A DNA stretch of 64,000 nucleotides from a virus, in the IMG/VR virus record IMGVR_UViG_3300009593_000014, positions 1-64,000 of that record; one strand, 5' to 3'. Positions 1 through 10,436 of this stretch are shown piece after piece (the stretch's first letter is position 1; every line of letters starts with the position of its first letter). The notes beneath the pieces are model-generated. The model had not been told where the DNA came from. It searched no databases and worked only from the letters and a program-made list of their open reading frames with translations. The position numbers were made by a program, and so were the translations under genes.

Positions 1-206
1 GGTTCTACAGAAACACCTCTAAAAAGATAGACCCAGTATCTTGGACACTGGTTAGTGTAACTAGGGTGAAACCCATCGACTCTTTTAAAGTCTTTATCAT
101 TCTTTTTAGTTAAATAAACATCTATTGCATTAACTAATTTATCCTCAAGAGATGTCTCATCTTTTTCTTGCTGATCGTTGTTCAGCAATCTATTTAGTGA
201 TTTCAA
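1..206 (-). CDS. Cas4-like / PD-(D/E)XK exonuclease, N-terminal part (runs off the window)
   Basis: Not in ORF track. TTG at 206 overlaps the upstream TGA and reads LKSLNRLL...RVDGFHPSYTNQCPRYWVYLFRG; the FHPS..CPR.W motif is typical of phage Cas4-like nucleases. Confidence 0.65.
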   Translation of the reverse strand, partial: MKSLNRLLNNDQQEKDETSLEDKLVNAIDVYLTKKNDKDFKRVDGFHPSYTNQCPRYWVYLFRGVSVE

Positions 207-523
207 GACGCGCTCCTTGCTAGTAACTTAAGAGTATTAATATTCTCTTCAAGTGCCTCAAATAAAGTATACCAGATATCTTTAGATATCTTATCCTTAT
301 TTGACATAATTGTTGAATTTCTTTTATAAGCCTGAGCTTTAACAATAACCTTAGTTCTATACGCAGCAAGTATTGCAGCAGTTTTTGCTGCTTGCATACC
401 TAGATAATGGTTAGGGTTTTCAATAATATCATCAACTATGCGCATAACTTCAATAAACTCCTCAGCCTTATCGCCCATAGCATCTTTAATTTGTTCTACT
501 GAAACAACAAAATCTTGCGTCAT
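203..523 (-). CDS. hypothetical phage protein
   Basis: 106 aa ORF with 4-nt overlaps to both neighbours in the replication operon. Confidence 0.75.
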   Translation of the reverse strand: MTQDFVVSVEQIKDAMGDKAEEFIEVMRIVDDIIENPNHYLGMQAAKTAAILAAYRTKVIVKAQAYKRNSTIMSNKDKISKDIWYTLFEALEENINTLKLLARSAS

Positions 524-831
524 TTCAAATCACCTCCGTATTCAGTATCTTCTATTAGTTCACGAAATAGATCCCACTCTATAACAGCAAGTTTAACTTC
601 ACTGTCTTCTCCTAAAACCAAAGAATAGCAAGGATATTTATAAGAATCATTCCAAGCGTCTTTAGAGTGTTTGATCCATTTCTTTATTGAGACAGTAAAA
701 GATCTACCGCAATGCTTGTAATCTACAAGAAAGCTACTGATCGTGGCATCTCCTTTTTTAATACCACGACCAGAGTTCTTAACAGCCTTAGCGCCATCTC
801 TTTTTATCTCTTCTTTTTCATTACGTTTCAT
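520..831 (-). CDS. Holliday junction resolvase-like PD-(D/E)XK nuclease
   Basis: E...NSGRG..KGD.....VDYK pattern, small size, directly after recA. Confidence 0.65.
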   Translation of the reverse strand: MKRNEKEEIKRDGAKAVKNSGRGIKKGDATISSFLVDYKHCGRSFTVSIKKWIKHSKDAWNDSYKYPCYSLVLGEDSEVKLAVIEWDLFRELIEDTEYGGDLK

Positions 832-1745
832 CCAAGAATTACTCTCTCTGAAATATCCGACAGTTGTTTGTCTGATAGTACAATGTTACCAGCGCCGTTC
901 CATTTTTCCTCACCATAATAGAACCAAGCACCTCTTCTTTCAATTATTCCCATCTCAACTGCGATATCTATCAACTCACGAAGGCTATCAAGACCGCCTT
1001 CTTGTGGCAATACATAATAGTGACCAGTCGTGCCAATAGACGCACGCTGTTTTGTCTTTTCTATACTCCACATTACTTTCTGAGATGTGATCATCTTTGT
1101 TTCGTCCCGGTTCATATCTTGCTGAGACATTGACAGGAATAGTTTAATAATATTGTGCATATTATGATGCACTGTGTTTCCATACTTTCCTCTTAGTTGT
1201 GCATACATTCCGCTAAGGTCTATCATCTGATGAGATATGAACAGCATGATGTTGTTCTCCTTGTTCAGATAATTCACTAGCTTCTGTAAAAAGTAACCTT
1301 GAGACCTAGCCGCAAGCCCCATAGCCTTGCCGCCTTCTGGTTTTGCATAAAACTCATCTTTCATCAAGTTCGACAAAGAATCAATAAGGAAAATATGTTT
1401 TTCTTTATCGCTTTCTAAATAAGGCGTTATAGCCTTTAGTATATCTTCGACTACAGTACCCTGTATTACTACAGGATCACTTATGTCTACACCGCATTGT
1501 TTAGCGTAGGACTCTTTATAAGAAAACTCCGAGTCTACAATTATGGGTCGGTAACCCATCTTCTGTGCTTCAGCAAGTATGTGATAGCACATAGTTGTCT
1601 TACCAGCAGAAGGAGTGCCCCATAGTAAATGTGTCATACCACTATAGAGTCCACCACCAAGTGCTCTGTTTAATCCAACAGAGGGTGTTGGTATTATTTC
1701 AAATTCAGGCATAGTGTCTCCACTACGCTTATCAATTATTAGCAT
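828..1745 (-). CDS. recA: RecA/UvsX-like recombinase
   Basis: LNRALGGG, Walker A GTPSAGKTT, IVDSE, Walker B FLIDSL, C-terminal GIIERRGAWFYY. Confidence 0.93.
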   Translation of the reverse strand: MLIIDKRSGDTMPEFEIIPTPSVGLNRALGGGLYSGMTHLLWGTPSAGKTTMCYHILAEAQKMGYRPIIVDSEFSYKESYAKQCGVDISDPVVIQGTVVEDILKAITPYLESDKEKHIFLIDSLSNLMKDEFYAKPEGGKAMGLAARSQGYFLQKLVNYLNKENNIMLFISHQMIDLSGMYAQLRGKYGNTVHHNMHNIIKLFLSMSQQDMNRDETKMITSQKVMWSIEKTKQRASIGTTGHYYVLPQEGGLDSLRELIDIAVEMGIIERRGAWFYYGEEKWNGAGNIVLSDKQLSDISERVILG

Positions 1746-4700
1746 TAATCTTCAACCTCCTACAAAAATCATTAATATCTATAATATCGTCTGCGCCGCT
1801 AACTTTATATCCTTCTTCATTTTTAGAAATAGGACTGGGCTTAGCAGCCACCCAATTACCCTCAATAGAGCCTAATTTTTGACCATACCGAGAGTATACA
1901 TGTGGAAAGATAACAATCTTACAGAAACGAACACCGTCCCAAACGTACACAGTTGCCATAGTTGCACCTTTAGATGTTTTAAACGACCTAGCGCTGCAGA
2001 CATAAGCCACAGCTTTACCGCTATCCATATCACCCAATCCATGCTCGTATAGCCATGAATGATCATGACTGGTACCTTCTCTAACAATATCCATCAGTCT
2101 TGTAACATCACTGTCATCATTTCCAACATCACCATAACAGTGTAGAGAGCGATCACCAACCAAGGCGTAAATATAATCATTCTTTTTCAAATCATTCTCT
2201 ACATCTGTAAACACCGCAAAGGAGCCGGTAGGGTCTTCAAACTCGACTCTAACGTAGTTAGAGGATCTTTTAATCGACCTGACAACAACCTTTACAAATT
2301 TTAAATCCGTACTTCCCTCTTCAACGCTTGAAGCAGGGGATAGTAAATCACTATTCTTATCATCTATATCCTGATCTACAGGAAACCCAAGTAGAGGCAT
2401 ATAGTACTTAGAATGCTCATACTCCGACATGTGACCAATTGACTTAAATGCTCCAACCTTATCTAAAGATTCAATGTTGTTCTTTCTTACAATCTTGCGA
2501 ACACATCTTCCTTCAAATTCCTCCATAGAACCAAAAGGTCTCTTTGAAATTATCTCACCAATAGCTGATGATCCTACACCATCTATATTTGATAGTCCAA
2601 ACCTTATTGATCCACCATCATCGTAGTCTACCGAGAAGAACTCATCAGATTTGTTTATGTCTGGTGGATTAACCTGTATTCCAAGCCTCTTTGCTTCCAT
2701 AAGGTAGGTGGTAATTCTTTCACGGTTTGTTTCGTTAGCCAATAGTGACCAGCAATACTCTAGGGGATAATTCAGCTTGAGCCACATAGACTGGTATGAG
2801 AGCATTGAGTAAGCTACAGCGTGTGATTTATTGAACATATACAAAGATGATTTCTCGAAATCGTCCCACATCTTCTCAGCAGCCTCCTCTTCTATCAAGT
2901 TATTACTTACAAACTTTGTTCTAAACTTCTCAAACTCCATTATGTCACGTTTTTTACCAATAATCTTACGAAGAGTGTCTGCTTCTGCCCAAGAAAAACC
3001 AGCCAAGGAAACCACAGCCTGCATCAACTGCTCTTGGAATATAAATGTTCCATATGTTTCTTTCAATATATCCTCAAGTATTGGGTGAGCATACTTTACT
3101 TTCTTCTTTCCTGAGCGTCTTTTTATAAACTCATCGCCCTGTGTTAACATAGCACCCGGTCTAACTAACGCATTAGAAATAACTAGATCCTCAAAGGAGT
3201 CACACTCCATTCTCTCTAATAGATTTCTATATGCACCTGCGTCAGCCTGAAACACACCTGTGGTCTCGCAGGCTGCAAACTCTTCAAACACTTTAGGGTC
3301 CATCAATCCAATTGACTCTTTTGATACATCAATTCCATAGTGTTCTTTGATTTGATTTAGACAGTCGTTAATAACAGACACCATCTTCAATCCAAGAACA
3401 TCTATTTTAATCAAGCCAACAGCCTCTGCGCCTTCCATGTCAAGCGCTGTTACATCTGTTCTCTGATCAGATGTAGCTTCTTTTCTTGTCTCTACTGGGC
3501 ATACATTCCATAGTGGCTCTGAAGACACCACAACGCCAGCGGCATGCATACCTGCGGTACGAACACGCCCCTCTAGTCTTTCAGCAACAGGCTTTACATC
3601 AACATACTTCTCGCAAAACTCTCTCACTCTGGATATCTTATTCATCTCATCAAGATCATCAAATAGCTGAGTAATGTTATTAATCTCTCCAAACTCTACC
3701 CCGAAGACCCTAGCAACATCTTTAACAGCAGACTTAGCCTTGAACTCTCCAAAAGTAGAAATAGAAGCAACATTGTCGCTACCCCATCTCTTTTTCAAAT
3801 ACTCTTTAACTTCTGCTCTTCTTTTATCTTCAAAGTCAAGGTCAATGTCTGGATAGTCGTTACGTTCTGGATTGATAAACCTAGCGAACAGCAATCCATA
3901 CTTCAAAGGATCTACCATGGATATACCTAAAAGATATGCCAATAAAGAACCACCAACAGAACCGCGACCTGGACCTACTCCTATACCTTGTGTCTTTGCC
4001 CATCCAACAAGGTCCCATATAATTAAGAAGTAATCAGCAAACCCTGTCTTGTCTATGATAGACAACTCACTCAAAAGTCTCTCTTTGTATTCCTCGGCAT
4101 TATCAACAGTATCAAGACCTAGACTCTGCAGACCAGATTCAGCAATCTCTCTTAAGTACCATATGGATTCAAACTTGTCACTAAACTTTGGTAATAATGA
4201 TTTCCTAGTAGATACAGAAGCTGAGCATTTATCCGCAACTTCTAGTGTGTTTTCCAAGAAAGCATTTTCGTAGCCTTTCTTTAAAAAAAGTTCTTTAATA
4301 TCGTCCGCACCCATTATCCATGGCTCAATGTCATCAAACCGCAATCTTCTGTGTGGGTACATCTTGTTAATCTTATCTAGAACACTCATATCGCTCTTGT
4401 GGGCACAACTCTTATGCAATCCTGCATACTTCTTGTCACTAGAACTCATAGATCCATACTGCGATAGCGTTAAGAGAACCTCTTCCACTCCTGAGTCTTC
4501 TTTAAATGGGTAGTGGCAGTCCAGTGTTGGAACAACTAGTTTATTGTACGAATCAGCTAAGCTTATTAGACCACGATTTATTTCTTCTGGATTCCATGCT
4601 TGAATCTCGAAATAGAAATCGTCACCAAATATGCTTAAAAACCTCTCTGTTAGCCTTTCTGCACGAGAGTAGTCTCCGACCTCAAGAGCCTTAGCTATTG

Positions 4701-5124
4701 CGCTCCCTCTGCATCCAGATAGAGCAATAACATCATTGTCAACAATGCTATCAAGCATTTCAAAATCAATCCTAGGCTTATAGTAAAACCCTTCATTCCA
4801 AGCCTGTTTGTTTAACTTATATAGACTAGATAGTCCTTTGTTGTTTTTAGCTAAAAGTATTAGGTGAAATCTTTCTGCTTTTCCATCTAAGTTGTCAGAG
4901 TCTAGGCTTGGAGTAAAATAAGCCTCAACACCAAATATAGGCTTTACATCCTGCTTCTTGCATGAGTCCTGAAACTTAAGAACGCCAGCCATACTGCCAT
5001 GGTCTGTGATTGCAATAGAGTTCTGACCATGCGTAGATGCCGCCCTAGCCATCTCTTCTGGAGTGGATAGACCATCTAGTAGGGAATACTCGCTGTGAAC
5101 GTGGAGGTGTACAAAATCTGTCAT
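1732..5124 (-). CDS. dnaE: DNA polymerase III alpha subunit
   Basis: PHP domain FVHLHVHSEYSLLDG and AITDHG, GPGRGSVGGSL, PDIDLDF catalytic motif, KIDVLGL, FNKSHAVAY. Confidence 0.97.
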   Translation of the reverse strand: MTDFVHLHVHSEYSLLDGLSTPEEMARAASTHGQNSIAITDHGSMAGVLKFQDSCKKQDVKPIFGVEAYFTPSLDSDNLDGKAERFHLILLAKNNKGLSSLYKLNKQAWNEGFYYKPRIDFEMLDSIVDNDVIALSGCRGSAIAKALEVGDYSRAERLTERFLSIFGDDFYFEIQAWNPEEINRGLISLADSYNKLVVPTLDCHYPFKEDSGVEEVLLTLSQYGSMSSSDKKYAGLHKSCAHKSDMSVLDKINKMYPHRRLRFDDIEPWIMGADDIKELFLKKGYENAFLENTLEVADKCSASVSTRKSLLPKFSDKFESIWYLREIAESGLQSLGLDTVDNAEEYKERLLSELSIIDKTGFADYFLIIWDLVGWAKTQGIGVGPGRGSVGGSLLAYLLGISMVDPLKYGLLFARFINPERNDYPDIDLDFEDKRRAEVKEYLKKRWGSDNVASISTFGEFKAKSAVKDVARVFGVEFGEINNITQLFDDLDEMNKISRVREFCEKYVDVKPVAERLEGRVRTAGMHAAGVVVSSEPLWNVCPVETRKEATSDQRTDVTALDMEGAEAVGLIKIDVLGLKMVSVINDCLNQIKEHYGIDVSKESIGLMDPKVFEEFAACETTGVFQADAGAYRNLLERMECDSFEDLVISNALVRPGAMLTQGDEFIKRRSGKKKVKYAHPILEDILKETYGTFIFQEQLMQAVVSLAGFSWAEADTLRKIIGKKRDIMEFEKFRTKFVSNNLIEEEAAEKMWDDFEKSSLYMFNKSHAVAYSMLSYQSMWLKLNYPLEYCWSLLANETNRERITTYLMEAKRLGIQVNPPDINKSDEFFSVDYDDGGSIRFGLSNIDGVGSSAIGEIISKRPFGSMEEFEGRCVRKIVRKNNIESLDKVGAFKSIGHMSEYEHSKYYMPLLGFPVDQDIDDKNSDLLSPASSVEEGSTDLKFVKVVVRSIKRSSNYVRVEFEDPTGSFAVFTDVENDLKKNDYIYALVGDRSLHCYGDVGNDDSDVTRLMDIVREGTSHDHSWLYEHGLGDMDSGKAVAYVCSARSFKTSKGATMATVYVWDGVRFCKIVIFPHVYSRYGQKLGSIEGNWVAAKPSPISKNEEGYKVSGADDIIDINDFCRRLKINANN

Positions 5125-5633
5125 GAGAACCTTATCAAATCTGTTAGTTCTATAGGAGAGATAATCTTAACCTCTACGCCCCCCTCTTTAAGCAAGGAGA
5201 GTGCATCATCATGGCAATATTTAGTCATAGCGTATACCTCTTTTACACCTGCATTTATTAATGTTCTGGAGCAGAATACACAAGGAGTTGTTGTAAGGTA
5301 CATCCTGCACCCCTCAGTAGCCACACCATTTCTTGCTGCATGCAGTATAGCATTCAATTCAGCATGTACTGCGTTGCATCTTTCAAAACCTTTTCCTGAT
5401 TGCCTCGTTAGGCAAGACTCTCCACAATGGGAGGTCCCCCTTGGCGATCCGTTGTACCCAGTAGCTAAAACGTGATTTGAAACTGGGTCAACTATCACAC
5501 ACCCCACTGAACGAGATGGGCATGTTGCTCTCGTAGCCACAAGAGTGGCCATACGGAAGTAATATGTATCCCAATCTGGACGGCTATTTACCAGATCGAA
5601 ACTATTAGTATTTAAATCATCACTCATTTTCAC
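5121..5633 (-). CDS. dCMP (deoxycytidylate) deaminase
   Basis: RPDWDTY, ATGYNG, Zn motifs HAELNA and PCVFC. Confidence 0.92.
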   Translation of the reverse strand: MKMSDDLNTNSFDLVNSRPDWDTYYFRMATLVATRATCPSRSVGCVIVDPVSNHVLATGYNGSPRGTSHCGESCLTRQSGKGFERCNAVHAELNAILHAARNGVATEGCRMYLTTTPCVFCSRTLINAGVKEVYAMTKYCHDDALSLLKEGGVEVKIISPIELTDLIRFS

Positions 5634-6210
5634 ACCTTTCTTTTAAGATATTATCTAACTCATGAAAGCTATAAGACCTTCCAGCAGAACCATCAAGCCA
5701 CCAAGGAGGGTCTATTAAAAACCCCTCATTGTGAGGACGATTTATGCAGTAAGCATACATACCTTTGTTGTTTATTTTATTAACTTCTATAGGATTATCT
5801 TCGATCATAAATACAGGATTTCCGTTGTTTGATTCTTCCTGTATTTTTTCCATGATCTCACCCTTTTTACCAGACTTAGCGAAGAAAATTGAGTTATAAG
5901 GTATATCCCAATCATCAAGCCAAATTTCTGTTATTTCTTCCCACATAGCATTACGAGCAGTAATGAATGATATATCAATTCCACTCATAAACCATTTATT
6001 TATATGATACCAAGCATCTTCGTATGGCTTAATATTCCTCCAAAACACTTCGCTCTTTAGAGAGTTACTTACCCACTCAATGTCATGCACTTTGTCAGGA
6101 TCAAACGACTCTGAGAAGCTGTACTTTTCGTAGCCGCCACTACTTGCAACACAATCTAATTCAAGAACTGTATTGGCTATGACTCCATCTATATCGATAC
6201 AAAGATGCAT
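5620..6210 (-). CDS. HAD-family 5'(3')-deoxyribonucleotidase-like protein
   Basis: IDIDGVIA (DxDG), FITAR, IEDNP. Start moved to ATG 6210, which follows a GAAAGG SD. Confidence 0.85.
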   Translation of the reverse strand: MHLCIDIDGVIANTVLELDCVASSGGYEKYSFSESFDPDKVHDIEWVSNSLKSEVFWRNIKPYEDAWYHINKWFMSGIDISFITARNAMWEEITEIWLDDWDIPYNSIFFAKSGKKGEIMEKIQEESNNGNPVFMIEDNPIEVNKINNKGMYAYCINRPHNEGFLIDPPWWLDGSAGRSYSFHELDNILKERCENE

Positions 6211-6228
6211 AAAATGCCTTTCTGAATG

Positions 6229-6260
6229 TGGCAGGAGGGGTAGGGAACGCCCTCCTGCCA
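6229..6260 (-). promoter_or_regulatory. GC-rich stem-loop between the SSB and nucleotidase genes
   Basis: Perfect 11-bp inverted repeat TGGCAGGAGGG / CCCTCCTGCCA with a 10-nt loop; no U-tract. Confidence 0.6.
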
Positions 6261-6266
6261 ATCATT

Positions 6267-6920
6267 CTACCAAGTTGAACCTGAACTGGAAACCTCTCCA
6301 GTCGTATAATATGATTCTTGTTGTTCGTAAGGAATGACTTTATAAATGCCATCCAAATCAACCATTGGTATTTCTTTTTGCTCATCTGTTTCCTCAGAGT
6401 TTTCAAGAGGTATGAGGTTGTACTGCGTATCATGTGCGGCACTCCCCTGTCTGCTGTACTTGTAGCAACGATCAGTAATCGTTCCGTAAGTTTCTGCATA
6501 CTCAATAATGGTATTGCCAATATGACGAGAATTGAATGTTGTTTCAATTATCCTTGGCTCCCATTTACCCGGTTCAATCTCTGCCAAAACATTGATCAAT
6601 AGATGTGGTCTCGGAGTCCACTTTCTATCTTTAATGATTTGCTCAGAAGCCCAGCAACGGTACCCAGTTGATTCATTATCAGCAGTACTCATTGCTTTAT
6701 ATTTCCAATTGACTGGCGAAGTAACAACCTGAACAACTGAGGCTGCGCCTCGTGAGTCATCGTGTCCTGCACCATCTTCAGTTAGTTCCTGACGGAACCT
6801 GATCTTAAAAGAGTCCCCATCCCGAAGGAATAAGAATCTTTTTCCACCACCACCAGATGACTTCGTACTGGAGTCTCCTAGTGTTTTTTTCATATCTGCT
6901 ATTGTATTAAAGCTTTTCAT
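6267..6920 (-). CDS. single-stranded DNA-binding protein (gp32-like phage SSB)
   Basis: SGGGG..FLFLRDGDSFKIRF start and YKYSRQG....TQYNLIP motif; located between primase and DnaE. Confidence 0.7.
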   Translation of the reverse strand: MKSFNTIADMKKTLGDSSTKSSGGGGKRFLFLRDGDSFKIRFRQELTEDGAGHDDSRGAASVVQVVTSPVNWKYKAMSTADNESTGYRCWASEQIIKDRKWTPRPHLLINVLAEIEPGKWEPRIIETTFNSRHIGNTIIEYAETYGTITDRCYKYSRQGSAAHDTQYNLIPLENSEETDEQKEIPMVDLDGIYKVIPYEQQESYYTTGEVSSSGSTW

Positions 6921-7872
6921 ATAATTCTCCTATAATCTCGTATTCATTAAATACATTTATTTTATTATTTATGGTTTGTTTTATTTGATCTGAATTCAGA
7001 TCTCCCGCATCCTTGAAATCTGGATCGACTACGCCGACATGGATTTCCATTCCACGGTTAGATGATATTATATCATCTGCCATTGCATAACCTGCACTAT
7101 CATTGTCAGGAATTATAATAATACTATCAAAATTCTTAGATAGCAACATCATTTGATCTTCCGTCACAACAGCACCAAGTGTAGCAACAACGTTTGGAAA
7201 ACCTGCTTGATGTATTTTAATAGCATCAAGACTGCCCTCCACTACTATAACCTCACTATGCGACTTTGCATTATTGAGGTTGAACAATACACGACTCTTG
7301 GTGAATCCTGTACTGTATAAATATCTTGGGACCTGACTCTCGTCAGTAGCCCTACCAATTATACCACAGAAGCTATAAAACTGATCCCTGACAGGGATAG
7401 TTATTCTCTCTTTGTTTCTAGAGTATCCTACCTCAAAGTATCTTAAAGTATCTAGTTCAAACCCGCGATCAATTAAAGGCTTAAGGTAATTCACATCATC
7501 AGAATCATAATCAATCAAACAAGCATCTAAAACATCGTCTGAGATTTCTGTATCCTTTTTTTCACTATCTTCTAATATAGCTTTTAAGAACTCATCACTA
7601 ATCTCGGTTTTAGAAAATCTAGTTTCTTCATTTAGAAGCATCTTTCTAAGGCTGCGGATGCTGCCTTGCTTATCACAATCAGGATTAAAGCAATGCCATA
7701 ACCCATTTTCTTTATTTATAGAAAAAGATGGAGTGTTTTTATTGTCATGAAAAGGACAGTAAGCTGTGAACTCAGTCCCCACCTCGTTTATTATCGAAAC
7801 AGAGGCTCTATGTAATGTGTCTCTTATTACCGACTCAAGCGATTGCGTGTATGGTGAACTCAAATGTCTCAT
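6907..7872 (-). CDS. dnaG: DNA primase (CHC2 zinc finger + TOPRIM)
   Basis: CPFHDNKNTPSF...WHCF zinc finger; VVEGSLD and PDNDSAG TOPRIM motifs; KDAGD. Confidence 0.92.
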   Translation of the reverse strand: MRHLSSPYTQSLESVIRDTLHRASVSIINEVGTEFTAYCPFHDNKNTPSFSINKENGLWHCFNPDCDKQGSIRSLRKMLLNEETRFSKTEISDEFLKAILEDSEKKDTEISDDVLDACLIDYDSDDVNYLKPLIDRGFELDTLRYFEVGYSRNKERITIPVRDQFYSFCGIIGRATDESQVPRYLYSTGFTKSRVLFNLNNAKSHSEVIVVEGSLDAIKIHQAGFPNVVATLGAVVTEDQMMLLSKNFDSIIIIPDNDSAGYAMADDIISSNRGMEIHVGVVDPDFKDAGDLNSDQIKQTINNKINVFNEYEIIGELYEKL

Positions 7873-8029
7873 CCTCCTGTATATAATCCCAACTTAATTT
7901 ATGATCTTTTAGTATGATATCACACTCTAGCATTTCTTTCGCTATTTCATCAACCATCCAATCACGCAATCTTATTATTGTTTCAACATCTCGCGCTTGA
8001 CCTGTGTATGTTTTAACTATATTAGACAC
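7835..8029 (-). CDS. hypothetical protein
   Basis: 64 aa ORF overlapping both helicase and primase. Confidence 0.6.
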   Translation of the reverse strand: MSNIVKTYTGQARDVETIIRLRDWMVDEIAKEMLECDIILKDHKLSWDYIQEDETFEFTIHAIA

Positions 8030-9239
8030 CCCACTCCTCCTTCCATTCTCCTGTATCCAAATTCCAATTCAAAAAGAATCCAAAGTGAGTACATCTACGA
8101 ACCTTACGACTAACCACTTGAAAAATGCTGGAGTCCATCTCACGATGTAGAGCCAACACTAAGTCAGCATCATAAGCTAACTGCTTGCTCCAAGCGACTT
8201 CTTCTAACTCTGGTGGTCTCTCTGAATGTCCATCATTCATCGTTACAGCCGCAACATCAATAATAGGTACATTGTTCTTTACAGCCATTCTCTTAAACGC
8301 TTTGGAAAGGTTTTTAGCCTTCTCAGTCTCAGACTTTGCACCACTAGCATCATCAAATAAACCATGATAGTCAAGAATGACCATATCTGGTTTGTATTGA
8401 TCTATCTTGGCTTGAACAAGGTTCTGATCCGCAACATCTAATCCATCAGAAGTGATGAGATAAAATGGCTGCATATCATTAAACTGACTCTCGCCCCATT
8501 CCTGATAAGAGTCTACAATCTCTGAGTTAGGTCTAACCAGATCGGAGTGGGTAAAGTACCCCCTACCATTATTAAGTAGGGTATCAATCCTTTGAGCTTC
8601 TTGTTGTTTGCTCATCTCCAATGAGATAATCATAGGTCTATAACCAGCCAGCCATGCATTAACAGCAAACAGTCTAGCGATAAAGGACTTACCTACCCCT
8701 GTCCAACCAAGAAGAACAATAAAGTCTCCGGGTTGCCATCCACCAAACTCTGCATCTATAACAGATATCCCTGTAGGGATACCTATGGTTCCTCCATCAT
8801 CACTCTCTGCACGCTTCTTTAACTCGTCTAGGCGCTCTCTCCACTCTCCAGATATATCAGTATCCTTAAGGTTGGTTGCATCCTTTACTAGCTGATTAGC
8901 GTTAGAGACAAGATAGTTAAGTGCAGTCTTTGGACCGCTGTTCTTCATCATCTCATGAGTATTCAACATCAACTCCCTAGTTAGGGTTGACATAGACTCT
9001 TTTCTTGCTTCATCAATATAGTATGACAAAGGCTCTGTAGTAGACAAATACTCAAAGTCAGGAAAGTGTGATTTAATCTCTGCCTTGGCAGGTATCTTTC
9101 CATGATCATTATAGTGTTTGGTTATAAAAGCCCATATGTCTTTATAATTTATAAATACTGAACCTACGTTTTCACTTTGGCATTCAATATAGTCACCGGA
9201 TTCCAACACGGCATTTAAAAGCTTTACTTCGTAATTCAC
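8022..9239 (-). CDS. dnaB: DnaB-like replicative helicase
   Basis: GIPTG, Walker A GWTGVGKS, ISLEM, VILDY, LAYDADLVL. Confidence 0.93.
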   Translation of the reverse strand: MNYEVKLLNAVLESGDYIECQSENVGSVFINYKDIWAFITKHYNDHGKIPAKAEIKSHFPDFEYLSTTEPLSYYIDEARKESMSTLTRELMLNTHEMMKNSGPKTALNYLVSNANQLVKDATNLKDTDISGEWRERLDELKKRAESDDGGTIGIPTGISVIDAEFGGWQPGDFIVLLGWTGVGKSFIARLFAVNAWLAGYRPMIISLEMSKQQEAQRIDTLLNNGRGYFTHSDLVRPNSEIVDSYQEWGESQFNDMQPFYLITSDGLDVADQNLVQAKIDQYKPDMVILDYHGLFDDASGAKSETEKAKNLSKAFKRMAVKNNVPIIDVAAVTMNDGHSERPPELEEVAWSKQLAYDADLVLALHREMDSSIFQVVSRKVRRCTHFGFFLNWNLDTGEWKEEWGV

Positions 9240-9550
9240 TTTCTACGATCCATTCTCTCTTTAGTTTTCTCAACAATGCTTAAAAACTTTTCCTTCGATT
9301 CCCTTTCGGAAACCGTCTTACTAATCATAGTAGGCACTTCCATGGCAAAATTAAAAACCATAATAGGTCCAGTAGTTTTACTTACATACTGACCAGCCAT
9401 AACTATGAGATCTTCATATTCGTAGGTTTCAACCAGACTGTCAGCGACAGGCTCTTCTCTACCAATATCTGGTAAAAAGAACTTACTGTCCTTGCTCGAC
9501 AATTCTCTCAATAAGAGAATCAGGTCCGATCCAACCTTTTTCTGAGGCAT
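9236..9550 (-). CDS. hypothetical protein
   Basis: Operon-coupled ORF; GGAGGG SD before ATG 9550. Confidence 0.7.
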   Translation of the reverse strand: MPQKKVGSDLILLLRELSSKDSKFFLPDIGREEPVADSLVETYEYEDLIVMAGQYVSKTTGPIMVFNFAMEVPTMISKTVSERESKEKFLSIVEKTKERMDRRK

Positions 9551-9779
9551 TTTCAACCCTCCTATGCAATAAAATTAGTCTATCGAATTTAGACATGCCA
9601 GCAGTTACACCGGCAAAATAAGGATCTTCTAGCGCTGTAACGATACATGGTATCTTAACATCACACTTAGTACACTTTTCTTTAGCGTACTCAATCTGTT
9701 CCCAGTCTGAACTAGTCCAATAAAGACTATGTTCATCATTCCTGCAAACAGCATCCTTAATCCATCCGTCAATAGGCAT
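9483..9779 (-). CDS. whiB: WhiB-family Fe-S transcription regulator
   Basis: W...AVC...AKEKCTKCDVKIPC with four Cys, then GVTAG (variant of GVWGG) and S..DR. Confidence 0.8.
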   Translation of the reverse strand: MPIDGWIKDAVCRNDEHSLYWTSSDWEQIEYAKEKCTKCDVKIPCIVTALEDPYFAGVTAGMSKFDRLILLHRRVENASEKGWIGPDSLIERIVEQGQ

Positions 9780-9979
9780 TAATCTTCTTTTGGATCAACT
9801 TCGGCAAGTTTTGCCTCAAGCTGAGTATCAACAACATCCCATAAACGAGTCCATAACTTATCATCATCTGGATCGCCTACTAACTTCGCACCAGCATCTA
9901 GCCGCATTGATTCATAGTTACCAAGATTTTTGGTAATTCCAATTGCAACCCATATATGGTTTTCATCTGACGTTTTCAT
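9779..9979 (-). CDS. conserved hypothetical phage protein
   Basis: TKNLGNYESMRLD motif, commonly seen in phage replication regions. Confidence 0.7.
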   Translation of the reverse strand: MKTSDENHIWVAIGITKNLGNYESMRLDAGAKLVGDPDDDKLWTRLWDVVDTQLEAKLAEVDPKED

Positions 9980-9986
9980 ATTCTTA

Positions 9987-10436
9987 CTACTTTCTTATAG
10001 TTGATTTTACTTCCCTGATTTTCTTTTTCAGGCTTGTAGAAGAGTGTATCTGATCTTTAGATGGTCTTCCAACCTTTCTTGAAGAAAAAAAAGATTCTAA
10101 TTCCTGTACATCGCTGTAGGTATAGTATCGGTAATTTGTACCCTTATAACTAAAGCGACTGGCAGAGGGCAGCAAGCCCTTACGCTCGTATTCACGAACT
10201 GTTCCTGCTGCCCTTCCAACCAATTTGGCGACTTCGCCAATAGTAAATATCCTTTTACGAAACAACGCAGATCCTTTGTAGTCATCATAAAACTCTTCGC
10301 CAGTATCAATCCTTACAAAAAGAACTTTATTATCACGACGAAGATACTTGATAGCTTTTAGTATCACATCACCCTCAAGATAGAATCCTCTAACCTGAGC
10401 GTTTATTTTATTTGCTAGCTTTTCTAGATCTTTCAT
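9987..10436 (-). CDS. MerR-type HTH DNA-binding protein
   Basis: FTIGEVAKLVGRAAGTVREYERKGLL...YRYY; likely start ATG 10436. Confidence 0.85.
   Translation of the reverse strand: MKDLEKLANKINAQVRGFYLEGDVILKAIKYLRRDNKVLFVRIDTGEEFYDDYKGSALFRKRIFTIGEVAKLVGRAAGTVREYERKGLLPSASRFSYKGTNYRYYTYSDVQELESFFSSRKVGRPSKDQIHSSTSLKKKIREVKSTIRK

Noticed and set aside
1732-5124. Inteins or introns in DnaE (also checked RecA, DnaB, NrdJ)
   Set aside because: Lengths are normal, motifs are contiguous and no splice-junction signatures were seen.
6211-6261. N-terminal extension of the nucleotidase given in the ORF track
   Set aside because: It runs through the GC hairpin; the HAD motif and SD point to ATG 6210.
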